A DNA stretch of 64,000 nt from Narcine bancroftii. Taxonomy: Eukaryota. Below are positions 52,028 through 64,000 of this stretch, piece by piece. Numbering within the stretch: the first letter of the stretch is position 1; every line of letters begins with the position of its first letter. The stretch is taken from NCBI RefSeq assembly GCF_036971445.1, contig NC_091474.1, forward strand, positions 144,956,001 through 145,020,000. Reading direction: 5' to 3'. The notes under the pieces are model-generated. The model ran no database searches, had not been told where the DNA came from, and saw nothing but the letters and a program-made list of their open reading frames with translations. Made by a program: the position numbers and the translations under genes.

Positions 52028-52328
52028 AAAAAGAGACCTGGTCTCACTGTATTGATCAGGCTGCGCTGCGAGGTCTATTCACGGGCGCGATCCGACTACT
52101 GATGGGCACGGGGGCTTTGACCTGCTCCGTTTCCGACCTGGGCCGATTCACCCCTCTTCACACAACCTGGTGACGCCCGATTCCTCCGGAGACACCATAT
52201 CGATGCCCAACTTAGTGAGGACACCCGCTCAACACAGGCCGCAGCAGCCCAGAACTCCTGATCTCAAGCGATCCGACAGCCTCAGCCTCCGAGTAGCCGG
52301 ATTACAGGCGCGCGCCACCGCGCCCGGC
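52028..52328 (-). ncRNA. RN7SL: 7SL / SRP RNA gene, copy 8 (array 1)
   Basis: Same full-length sequence; its upstream flank differs from the array units. Confidence 0.97.
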
Positions 52329-52780
52329 GGGAACCAGCCGCGCTGTACGGACACTTCAACCTGACCTCACACACACACACACGCACACGCTGTACAGCGT
52401 CTCATCACCTCCTCCTTCTGCCAAACGTAATATTCATAAAAATGCCGATTATTCTTCAGCGTTCTACAAATCAATTTCACTGGACCACAGGACGAAAGCA
52501 GAAAATAGGGAATGACTGATGACAGGACATCAGCGGTGCCCAAACTGTTAGTCTCCATCGTAAAACAGTAGCCCCTCCGACAAACGGTGATCGCGGTGCA
52601 CTTACACCTTTAGATTGTTTTTAAAGGGTGTCGCACGAGTGATCAGTGTGAGATCGGAGTATTCACATGGGTTGGCAAAGACAAGTCTTTCTTCCCACTT
52701 TTTGTATCTTACCTGCAACAGTTGCAGTGTTGGGAGAGGGAGAAAATGAACCATTGAGTCACAGGAGAGTGGTCCCTCCA

Positions 52781-53013
52781 GAAAGCCCGGTTAGAGCAAT
52801 GCTGTTACAGCACCAGCGACTCGGATTTGAATCCGGTGCTGACTGTAAGGATTTTGCACGTTCCCCCCGTGTCTTTGTGGATTTCCTCCTCTGGTTTCGC
52901 CCCACTGTTCAAAATGTACTGGAACTTGTAGGTCTATTGGATGTAATTGGGCGACAATGGCTCGTGGCGGAAAGTGCCTGTTACCGTGCTATATTTCGGT
53001 TGAAATTTAATTG
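52781..53013 (+). mobile_element. tRNA-derived SINE
   Basis: tRNA-like head with B-box-like gatttgaatcc, followed by a tttgcacgttcccccc-gtgtct...tttcct core typical of fish and shark SINEs; a related tail lies at ~2950-3035. Confidence 0.7.
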
Positions 53014-53308
53014 AAAGCAGAAAGATGGACGGGGAGTTATTTGACTGGTGGTCAGGTCAATGTTGGAGTTGCTGTGTGCCAATATTTTCGGGGGGAGGGG
53101 GAGGGAGACCAATGTGAATGGAGGAAAAGCCTGTGCGGGTTCCATTGACTATCGCAGAGGAGAAGCCACATTTGTACACATTTCAGATGTCCAAGAGCAG
53201 ATGGTCTTAAATGAAAACAGGTTCAAAGGTGATCCATCTGTTTTTGTTGTGGATAACGAGTTGGGGAGAGGTCCCAGAATAGGTTGGGAACAAAGAAACA
53301 AGTATAGT

Positions 53309-53949
53309 GTTACCAGCACAAAGGACCCCAAAACCAGGCAGCAATAGATATTCAACACGACAAATAGTTACTTAAAGAAAAGTTGTTTTTAATTAACTTT
53401 AAACATGAAAACCGAATCCAACTTTAACTTATCATTATTAATTAACTAACCCAATTTCATCCCCTTCTAATTCTAAGCACATGTGTATGTAATGTGTGTG
53501 TAAATTTAAGAAAAGTTTTTTGGTTATCAATTGAATTTCACTTCTCATTCTTCCAAGTTCATTGCTTGCAGGCATTTCTTATACTGTGTACAGAAAGTAA
53601 CATGTATAAAGTTCACCAACCTTTGGTGCTCAAAAGGTAAATGTTTAACACTCAGGGAGGTTCTTGTAGGTTTGCAGAGAGAGATGTATTTTCCAGGATT
53701 TCCCCAACTGAGGTACCACAATTAATCACCTCAATGTCTTACTGATGAAACTTGACCCATCTGGGTTCTCCAGATGTTCATCTCTTTCTTTTAGGCTACT
53801 ACAGAGTTCCTTTCTGTTCCACTTATTCCAAGAGAAACATCAGACAGATAGCACTTCCAACCAGCTGCCACTCTGGAGCTCCTGTTTCAGTTCCAACAAG
53901 CTTCTCCTGCTTTGTTACAGTTTTCTATCACCACAGTCCAAGACTCCAT

Positions 53950-54009
<60 letters not shown>

Positions 54010-54250
54010 AGATTCAAACTGCCAGGCAGCATGTCTTTCCCTCACTCACTTGCAAAACCCCTGTTCTTCTCCAGCAAACAATAGCAGTTCATCTTTTGGT
54101 CAATCTGTTGTTTTAGGTAAACAAGAACCAATCAATGACCTTTCTGCAAAGATGTATTAGGAGATGGCCTTTCTCATGCTGTGCCTTTAAAAGACAATAG
54201 TCCATTCATTTACTTCAATTAATAGCCACATGTGAAATCTCCATTGCATT
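53309..54250 (-). mobile_element. LTR-like repeat related to 3858-4830
   Basis: Shared terminus and internal (CT)n at 53953-54003. Confidence 0.6.
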
Positions 54251-54256
54251 CTCTAT

Positions 54257-55211
54257 TTCTTTGGCTTGGCTTCGCGGACGAAGATTTATGGAGGGGGTAA
54301 AAGTCCACGTCAGCTGCAGGCTCGTTTGTGGCTGACAAGTCCGATGCGAGACAGGCAGACACGGTTGCAGCGGCTGCAGGGGAAAATTGGTTGGTTGGGG
54401 TTGGGTGTTAGGTTTTTCCTCCTTTGCCTTTTGTCAGTGAGGTGGGCTCTGCGGTCTTCTTCAAAGGAGGTTGCTGCCCGCCAAACTGTGAGGTGCCAAG
54501 ATGCACGGTTTGAGGCGTTATCAGTCCACTGGCGGTGGTCAATGTGGCAGGCACCAAGAGATTTCTTTAGGCAGTCCTTGTACCTTTTCTTTGGTGCACC
54601 TCTGTCACGGTGGCCAGTGGAGAGCTCGCCATATAACACGATCTTGGGAAGGCGATGGTCCTCCATTCTGGAGACGTGACCCATCCAGCGCAGCTGGATC
54701 TTCAGCAGCGTGGACTCGATGCTGTCGACCTCTGCCATCTCGAGTACTTCGACGTTAGGGACGAAAGCGCTCCAATGGATGTTGAGGATGGAGTGGAGAC
54801 AATGCTGGTGGAAGCGTTCTAGGAGCCGTAGGTGATGCCGGTAGAGGACCCATGATTCGGAGCCGAACAGGAGTGTGGGTATGACAACGGATCTGTATAC
54901 GCTTATCTTTGTGAGGTTTTTCAGTTGGTTGTTTTTCCAGACTCTTTTGTGTAGTCTTCCAAAGGCGCTATTTGCCTTGGCGAGTCTGTTGTCTATCTCA
55001 TTGTCGATCCTTGCATCTGATGAAATGGTGCAGCCGAGATAGGTAAACTGGTTGACCGTTTTGAGTTTTGTGTGCCCGATGGAGATGTCGGGGGGCTGGT
55101 AGTCATGGTGGGGAGCTGGCTGATGGAGGACCTCAGTTTTCTTCAGGCTGACTTCCAGGCCAAACATTTTGGCAGTTTCCGCAAAGCAGGACTTCAAGCG
55201 CTGCAGAGCTG
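54257..55211 (-). mobile_element. RTE (BovB-like) LINE, 5'-truncated, with an intact 295-aa C-terminal frame
   Basis: ORF 54310-55197, ending in a CxxC...H zinc finger and the standard terminus. Confidence 0.94.
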
Positions 55212-58200
55212 GAAAATCAATGAATATAAATTCTTCATTATTTCAACTAAGATATGTTTTAAATTATGTGTAATTAACCTACTCAAATTTTACCAATTTA
55301 TCACCCAAAAGCATTCCCAAATATTCAATCGCAATAATTATGTCCCATATCAGTATTCATGGCCACTATTTTAATCTGCAGAAAAGTGGGGGTATGGGAG
55401 TGATGGGGATTGGGATGAAAGATGTTGTTGAGAGGGTGGACATATTCTCTCAAGTGTAAGACACAATTAGTGTAGGAGAAATATTTTGGTCTCATTCAAG
55501 AAGAAAGTGTGTATGGCAGTTTCTTGGATGTCAATAACAAATCAAGTCAGTTAAGAACAAGGATTTGGATGTTATCAGAATGATAGAGGGCATCATTGCT
55601 GTCCCAAATACAAATGGATGGAACTGGACAATGCGAGTCAGGATGGACACTGGAAATGAAGACATTGGTTCAGTGTGGTAGAAATAGGCAGAAACAATGT
55701 GTCCACCAAGACAGACCTGCTTATGAACCATGGGTAAAAAATAAAAAAATAATAGTGTGTGGTTGGGGCACTGTTAAGGGGGATGTTGCAGAGAAGAGAT
55801 CTCCTGATGTCATATGACCTGTAATGATCTGGAAGAATGATGTTCAATGGTGAAGTCATAAGATGAGTCCTGAGCTTTAATCTCTGCAAATATAAGGTCA
55901 GTGTGCTGGACTACAACAGCACCTACATAGATTGCAATGTTTGATGTGGACTTTAGGATTAATATGAAGTCAGCATAATCTGTGGGTTCACGATGGGGTG
56001 GTAGTTTGGGGGTGGGGGGGCTAGTGGGGGTGTAGATGATTGAGCTGGAAATTGGACAAATGGTAACCAAGGATGGGTGAGGATGCCTTGTTGAAGATAT
56101 ATCCATAGAGGCAGAAGCAGTGGAAGATTTCAACATTGAGCTAGGCCTGGATTATACTAGAAGTGAACTATCTGCTGAGCACTGACTGCCATGCATCAGA
56201 GAAGCGGAAAATTCGGAGGTGAGGGTGATCTGGTGAAGACATGGCAGGGTTTGGAGTTTCAACTTTATTCCAAGGACAATTGAAGAATGAGACAATATTT
56301 CATTGATGTATTTAATATTATTGGAGGTAAAGGTACAGTAAATCCAAGCAGGCTTTTTTCCACTGAGAGAAGAATGAGAGGGTGAAAGTTAAACTGTTCA
56401 GAGGGAATATTAAGAGGGCCTTTTTCATGTGGGGTTCCTCAAATCTTTCAAGAATTTCCATGTTAAAACCTCTGAATGGCCCAACATTTCATAGATTCCT
56501 CTTCAATAATTTACTCAGCACCTCATCTTACATGATGCCCATAATCTTGTAACTATTTTCCCTCCTTCAATATTCTCCTACTTGTAAACATATCAGGTCA
56601 ACATTTATCATGATCTTATGTTTCATTGAGATGTCCTGTTGTTCTTCTAAACTCTGACAGATACATATCTCATTTCTTTATCCTCATGTGATAGAGCAAG
56701 CCTCCCATCCCACGAATTAACCTCCTGAATTTATTTTGGTGTTCTTCCCTTACGGGAATACTCCTACTTAAATAATGAGACCAAAACAGTGCACAGTTCT
56801 CCAGGAAATAGGGGGTGGGTGAGCATGATCACAAGTCAATAGTAGCAATACTTATCTATTTCTAAACTTAAACTGTTGCAATGAATATCAATAAACAACT
56901 TACTTTCTTAAACATTAGCCATATCTGCTCATTAAATAAAACACATTTGAATGACTTCATCCTGTTTTATCCGCTCTCATTCACGAAAGCATTGTTAAAT
57001 TCAATAACACATAAAGCTAAGTTATCTATTTAGGCAGTACACAAACTTAATCATGTTAATTGATCTTCCAACATCTTTACTCTACAGACAACTACACTCT
57101 TTGACCTCTTATTTCTCACCTGACCACGATCCCTTTTCAGAACACCATTCCAAATTATATTCCTCACTCAAACATCTTTCTCTCAAAATCACTATTATTT
57201 CAATCACCTGCATTACCAATCTGGTGAACATTTGTTCTCCCTTCCTGCAGTCCTGAACCAACTCCCTGCCCACCACACTTTAGATCACCATGCACTTTGA
57301 GATCAACGTCCTCCCCACAACCAATATCCTCACTCTATTGAAACTTCATGCCCTCCCCATTCACCAACTCCTACTCCCAGATCAATGTAATTCCTTTGAA
57401 CTAACCATAACTCCAGTTGCTATTGTTCCTTAGAGAAAAAAAATCTCCAATTGCCAATCACAAACTTCCCATTGCCTCATCCAAAACACCTAACCCAAGG
57501 ATACTCTTCTTTTTCTTGCTCAATATTGCTCTTCACAACTAGCTGACAATCACACTCTCTCCCTTCCAGCAATGAAGAAATTTGTCAGGATATCCCTCCC
57601 ATGTTCTGGTTTTGCAGCCTCTCCAATTGCAAGTTAATTGCACCATCTCAAGGTAGTGATGGATCCTGCAAAGGAAATAATCCAGAATACTGGCATCATT
57701 CAAAATCCCTCAAATATCACAAAATCATTTCAGAAATCCCCTTTGCTTCTGTTCCTATGGCGAGTAACTTACTCTCTTATATGACAAATGTAGCAGGCTT
57801 ATTTGGTCGGTTAATTTTGTTTGAGTTCAAGTTAGCTTGTGATTGATCAGTTGTATTGTTCATAATTTTATTCATATATTTTATGTTTCCAATCCTCTCA
57901 ATCATTAAACGTGGATGCTTTAAAGATATTATTAATAATACATTATCCTGAATATAATTTACCTGCAAATTAATTGTAGCACCCTCCTTTAAATTACTGA
58001 GCATCGTCTTCTCTTTCAATGAACCGCTGTTGAGCAGATCCTTGCATATCTGTGCTCACAGTATGGTTAGTGCTCTCTTCGTTTAGAACATGTACAGCAG
58101 TGAATTTAACTATCTTTTTCAGTGCACTAAAATAACTGAGCAGCAGAGAGCAGTAACATCAGAGAAATGCAAAAACTGCCGATGCTGGAATCTTGAGCAT

Positions 58201-58334
58201 AAAATGAACTGCTGGAGGAACTCAGTAAGGGAGAAAACAGGAAAATAATTTGATAAATTATGGTGGAATCTGATGGGGGCAGCGGTTTCTGAAAAATCAA
58301 AGTTAATGCCAGTAGCTTTAAGCTGCCAAGAAGG

Positions 58335-60261
58335 TGCCCCTGTTACCAAATGGGTGAGAAAACAGCTGGGGTTCAGATCGAAATGAATAAAATTGGAGAA
58401 ACTATCCCAGAACAAATTTTGTATAAATGGAATAGTGAATTGTTTAAAGGAAATACGAAGGTACCAATTTTAAAACATATATTGAAAATAAGGAATGGGA
58501 TTCATATCGAGAGAAGGATTAAAAATTATCAATTACCTAAAACGTTTCCAAAACAAAATCAACTTATTCCTTTCACTTTCAATAGTTCTTTGTTTGATTA
58601 TTGGTTTAGTAAAGGTATACAGAGGATAAAAGATTGTTTTTTGGGATCATTCTTTTTAAGTTTTGAGCAAGTAAACTATAAATATAATTTACAAAATAAT
58701 TCAATTTATGCATATTATAAAATAAAATCATATTTAAATAAGGAATTAGGAACAGATTTGAGACTCCCGGAACAATGTCGTTTTGAAGGTATAATAACAG
58801 ATACATTTCTTATTAAGAAATTTATTACCAATATGTATGTAAAATTATGAGAAGCTAAAAGGAAAAAAAAGGTCCATTGAAATCAAAATTATAATGGGAG
58901 AAAGATTTAATTATACAAATTCAAGAGGAAATATGGTCAAAATTGTGACAAGTGTGTGTTACAAATACAGTTAATGCTAGATATCAAAATATTCAATGTA
59001 ATTAACCATATAACCATATAACCATTTACGGAGCGGAAACAGGCCATGTTGGCCTTTCGAGTCCGCACCGGTTCACTGATTTTGTGTGCCCTCTTCAGGC
59101 ATTGGTCCCGGTAGATCTTCATTCAATAACGATGGGCGAATTCAATGCAGGTGGAATCAGATAATAGCAAAACTATGAGCAAACAGATTGGCAGTCTGTG
59201 TACCAAAAATAGTAAAACTTGACAAAACTGGATTTATTAAAAAAAGACAAACAATGGACAATATCTCTAAGTTCATTAACTTAATCCATGCAGTACAAGG
59301 AAAGAAGACTCCAACAGTGGCGGTTGCCTTTGACGCAGAGAAAGCCATTGACAGGGTAGAATGGAATTATTTATTTAATGTACTACAGCGGTTCAACCTA
59401 CCAGAGAAATATATTAATTGGATTAAAGCATTATATAAGGGACCATTGGTGAAGGTGACAGTAAATGGATATATAATTGAACCAAGGTCAACTTGGCAGG
59501 GATGCCCACTATCTCCCTCACTGTTTGCTTTAGCTATAGAACCCTTGGCAGAACTGATAAGAACAGAAAATAAAAGTGATAAAAATAAAAATTTTCTTCA
59601 TTAATTATATTATACTCCACATAAATTGAATGGACTTATTGTAGGCAAGTGTTTTTGATGTAACATGGAAATAGGGACCTTTTTACATTTGGTATGGTCC
59701 TGTGTGAAAGTGGAACAGTTGTGGAAAGATATGGGTGTATTGTTAGGACAAATTATGAAGATAAAGATACAAAAATATCCAAGAATATTTTTTCTTGGGA
59801 ATATATATGAAGAAGATAAAAAATTGAAATTGGATAAATTCAAGGATGTTTTGAAATATTGCCGTAGTGACAGCAAAGAAATGTATAGCAGTAACGTGGA
59901 AAATGGAGAATGTGGTAAGAATAGACAGATGGCATATTGAAAACAATTACTTAGAAGTTAAGAAATCGGATTGAAAACTTCCATAAAGTCCATCCAAATC
60001 CTCCATGTTGCCCACCCCTCTCTGGAAGTAGTTATAAAAAATAGTCATTGAATATTATACATGTTAATAATATATATTTAGAAGTAGGTGTTCCTTCATT
60101 TTATTTTTCTTTCTTTCTCTTTTTTTCTTTCTTTTGGGGGAGGGGGGGTTAAGGAGAAAATTAAAATTTTATTTTAACATCTTGTATGGTTCACTAAGTT
60201 ACTGCATTATTGAATTTATACTTTGTATTGATACAAATGATAAATAACAGTCAGGAAAAAA
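58335..60261 (+). mobile_element. Rearranged L1-like insertion containing a short minus-strand CR1-type tail (~59003-59155)
   Basis: RT motifs VAFDAEKAIDR and QGCPLSP; A-tail; degenerate TSD aagctgccaagaagg / aggctgcccaggagg. Absent from the paralog at ~43430. Confidence 0.8.
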
Positions 60262-62216
60262 AGGCTGCCCAGGAGGAATATCATGAATGGTGTAAAAGAA
60301 TGTCAAACAAGAACGTCAAATGTTAAAGGAAAGAAGATCCTGCTGTGTGTGTAGGCTAGTGAAGATTTACTAGCCTTGCAGATAAAGAGCCACTATTAGG
60401 TAATGTATGCGCAAGGTTACATAAATCCAAGGTTTATGTTATGTCTGAAAACAAATCCACAAGGACATGGCAATTAGACAGATAGAGTATAATCGGAGTT
60501 GAGCAAGGTTAGCCTATCTACAATTGATGAGATTGTATGTCTAAAGACACCACACGGATAGATGGTAATTAAAACAGGAACAAACCAGCTGCAAGAAAAC
60601 GTAAAGCTGCACGTGGCATTAATCGAGAAGAGGACTATATAAGATGAACTAAAACACTGTATATGTAGAGTGAGGCTCAATGCAGGGAACGAGTGACCAA
60701 TCTACTCATCTTTTATACCCATTACTCCCGCATGCATAAAACAATAAAGTTGATTGTACTCTCATTCGTTCTGCTGTTTGCTTTCTAATTTCAGCGCAGG
60801 TCAACTTTAACAGTTGTTCCTCCAGTTTACGTTTGTATGAGGCCGAGTCCTTTTTTTTCTGTGTGTGAATGGTTCGGGTCTTGAAATGGTTGGCTCCAGA
60901 AAACTCCAGTTGAGACCCAATAAGTATTCGGCGAAGTGTTCACGTAATCTGGGTTTTGTCTCCCTAATGTAGGGAGACCACACAGTGTACACAAGATACA
61001 GAGCATTAGGTTGAACAATGCGCAGGTAAAGGTCTTCCTCACTTGAACGGTCTCCATGTTACCTTGGATGGAGGCTAAGAGAGAGAGGTAGGGACAAGCT
61101 TTGGCCTTCTTGGGATTAGAGCAGAAAGTTGTTGACAGGGTGGAATGGTGAGTGGGGAAGGAAGAGTCGACAAGAGATTCTTGGAGAGATGTAATCATGT
61201 GAAAAGCGGATACGGTTGGAGAGGAGGAAATGCAGCTGTTTGTGGGATTGCACTCGAGTTAGCGGAAGTGTCAAAGGACAATGTGTCGCAGGCGACGGCT
61301 GGTGGGGTGGCTGGAAAGTGAGGACCAGAGGGACTCTGTCCTTGTTCTGCCTTGGGGGAAGTGGGGGGAAGTCAGAAGTGCGAGCAGTAAAGGGAATTCA
61401 GTTTCGGGTTTTGAATCGACGCCAGGTGATTAAGGAAAGAGGATATTTCGGATGTCCTGGAGTGACGGCCTCATCCAGTGACGGAGGCAGAGGAATTGGG
61501 AGGAAGAGAAGGGAAGAGGTAAGATTCAGGTTGCTTGCGAGTCTGTGGAAACGAAGGGAGAGGTGAAACCTGACGGCCAGAGGCAGTAGGTGGGCAAATG
61601 CCAGATAAAGGGAGGGTTAGTGTGAAATCACCAACAGTTTCTTCCCTGCAGCCATTCAGGGGTGGAATGACCCCAGAACAGTGATCTCAGGCTGGCCGTG
61701 CTTGGTGCTAATTGGTCTTCCTGTTCATCATTGTCCTCCATTGTAAATTATACTCGAAACGTGGTTGTATGTCAAGTTAGAGATAACCTGTTAGTCTGTG
61801 ACAAATGGACATGGACTTCTAAATCAGCCCCTGTGAGAAGAGTTGGCGCTCCCTCTGTCTGAAGCCGAGTGCAGCAGTGAAACAACTGAACGGCTGAGAA
61901 TAGTAAAAATGCCTTTTATAAACAGTTCCGCTTACAAAACTATAACTGCATCGCTTTGTGTAATTGTTGAAAATCACACAGTCGTATTGCAACCTATTCC
62001 AAGTGTGAAATGTGGAAAGTACGAATCTTCTTCCCTACTTGGCAAATCTTAGTATTAACTTGCAAGAGGACCAGTAAGTTTCGTTGATTGTAACGGTACC
62101 TGTCAAAATGATAGCGAAATATCTCTCGAGAAGCTGATGTTGATGGGAGTGAAGAAAATGTACTTGTGGGCCGATGGAAGTAAATGTGAAGATGGAAGTG
62201 GAGTGAGATTGTGTGT

Positions 62217-62517
62217 AAAAAGAGACCTGGTCTCACTGTATTGATCAGGCTGCGCTGCGAGGTCTATTCACGGGCGCGATCCGACTACTGATGGGCACGG
62301 GGGCTTTGACCTGCTCCGTTTCCGACCTGGGCCGATTCACCCCTCTTCACACAACCTGGTGACGCCCGATTCCTCCGGAGACACCATATCGATGCCCAAC
62401 TTAGTGAGGACACCCGCTCAACACAGGCCGCAGCAGCCCAGAACTCCTGATCTCAAGCGATCCGACAGCCTCAGCCTCCGAGTAGCCGGATTACAGGCGC
62501 GCGCCACCGCGCCCGGC
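62217..62517 (-). ncRNA. RN7SL: 7SL / SRP RNA gene, copy 9 (array 2)
   Basis: Same full-length sequence and terminator. Confidence 0.97.
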
Positions 62518-63803
62518 AGGAACCAGCCTCGCTGTACGGGCACTTCAACCTGACCTCACACACACACACACACACACACACTGTACAGCGTCTCATCACC
62601 TCCCTCTGTTGCCACAAATAATGCTCACTTGCTGGTTATCTGCCTGAGTTCTGTAAAGGCCGGTTAATGCGAATTCGACAGTTAAAAGGAGGAAACCTGA
62701 AAACAAGGAAGGAAAGACTGATTACAGGACATCATCAGTATCCAAAATGTGTTTCACCATTAGAAAACTTATAACAGCAGAGTTCATCTCCCTTATCCAG
62801 CCTGTGATATCGATCTTATCCAGCCTGCTTGTCACTTTCTCAAAGAATTCCAATAGGATTGTCAGCCAAGGGTTTTTTTCCTTCAGGAAACCATCTGACT
62901 TTGGCCTATCCCGTCATGTCTATCCAAGTACTCCAACATCTTCTTAACCACTGACGTCAGGTTTCCCGGCCGATAATTTCCCTTTAGCGGCCTCCCTCCC
63001 TTCTGAATAGAAGAGTGACATTTTCCAGTCCTCCCGGACCATGAATCAATCTATGTATGTGACCATTTCAATATATCATGACATGGCAATAAAATGAATC
63101 ATTGAACCTATATGAGTCTGTAAAAACTAAGGTAGAGGTGAAACATGACTGACAGTGGCAGTAGTTTGGCAGACACCCGACAAGGGGCTAGTGAGTGTGA
63201 AACAACCAACAGGCTAAAAAATCGTTTCTTCCCTGCAGCCATTCGGCGGTGGAATGAACCCCAGAACAGTGATCTCAGGCTGCCCGTGCTTGGTGCTAAT
63301 TGGTCTTCCTGTTCATCATTCCGCTGTATTGTAAATTGCACTCGACACGTGGCTGTATGTGACACTAGAGATAACGTGTCAGTCTGTTCACAGAAGAACC
63401 TTTCCCACAGTCCTAGTTATTTTGTGACAAATCAACTTGTAACTCTGGCCCTGTGAGAAGAGTTGCCGCTCCCTCTGTCTGGAGCCGGATGTAGCGGTGT
63501 TTTCTATCCGTGTTGTCCAATACAGTAAAACGCCCGTTTTAAACAGATCCACTTGCAAAACTATAAATATGCAAAGTTTGTATAAATGTCAATCCAACAG
63601 AACTATCACGAGCTATTGTTCCCTACAATGCAAATCTTAATATTAACTTGTAAAGAACCAGTAAGTTTCGTTGATTGTAACGGTACCTGTCAAAATGATA
63701 GCGAAATATCTCTAGAGACGCTGATGTTGATGGGAGTGAAGAAAATGTACTTGTGGGCCGATGGAAGTAAATGTGAAGATGGAAGTGGAGTGAGATTGTG
63801 TGT

Positions 63804-64000
63804 AAAAAGAGACCTGGTCTCACTGTATTGATCAGGCTGCGCTGCGAGGTCTATTCACGGGCGCGATCCGACTACTGATGGGCACGGGGGCTTTGACCTG
63901 CTCCGTTTCCGACCTGGGCCGATTCACCCCTCTTCACACAACCTGGTGACGCCCGATTCCTCCGGAGACACCATATCGATGCCCAACTTAGTGAGGACAC
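63804..64000 (-). ncRNA. RN7SL: 7SL / SRP RNA gene, copy 10 (3' part only; 5' end lies beyond the window)
   Basis: T5 terminator, 3' Alu strand and S domain match the other copies up to the window edge. Confidence 0.93.

Larger units (their letters stand above)
45630..52328 (-). repeat. Tandem array of ~1.6-kb 7SL gene units
   Basis: Gene-to-gene spacings are 1606, 1593, 1604 and 1595 bp, with near-identical spacers. Confidence 0.97.
56395..62770. repeat. Segmental duplicate of ~41590-46200 (long 7SL unit)
   Basis: Colinear similarity (41630 vs 56640; 42700-43430 vs 57600-58325; 44170-46200 vs 60750-62770) once copy-specific insertions are removed. Confidence 0.9.
62217..64000 (-). repeat. 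Start of a second tandem array of the same unit
   Basis: Spacing between copies 9 and 10 is 1587 bp; the spacer matches array 1. Confidence 0.92.

Noticed and set aside
45630-52328. CRISPR-like array or selfish retroelement carrying 7SL
   Set aside because: The spacers are near-identical 1.3-kb sequences rather than unique, and the unit has no cas genes, intact RT, TIRs, LTRs or TSDs.
52781-52860. tRNA gene
   Set aside because: The cloverleaf is degenerate and runs straight into a SINE body and tail.

Overview
This is vertebrate nuclear DNA, probably from a cartilaginous fish (inferred from the CR1, L1/Tx1, Penelope, RTE and tRNA-SINE repeat content). I found no supportable host protein-coding gene. 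The main content is a cluster of at least 10 same-orientation, minus-strand 7SL (SRP) RNA genes, nine complete and one cut by the window end, and their ~300-nt bodies look identical by eye. Three copies are dispersed (10.2, 21.4 and 39.0 kb) in old, TE-inflated duplication units. Five form a recent ~1.6-kb tandem array (45.6-52.3 kb) with an alternating A/B, ~3.2-kb higher-order structure. A second array starts at 62.2 kb. Each gene carries a conserved upstream TGAGGTCA motif next to a variable (GT)n tract, a T5 terminator and an invariant ~60-bp 3' trailer. The rest is retroelement debris, including a full-length L1 with nested CR1, Gypsy and RTE insertions, plus solo LTRs and MITEs.
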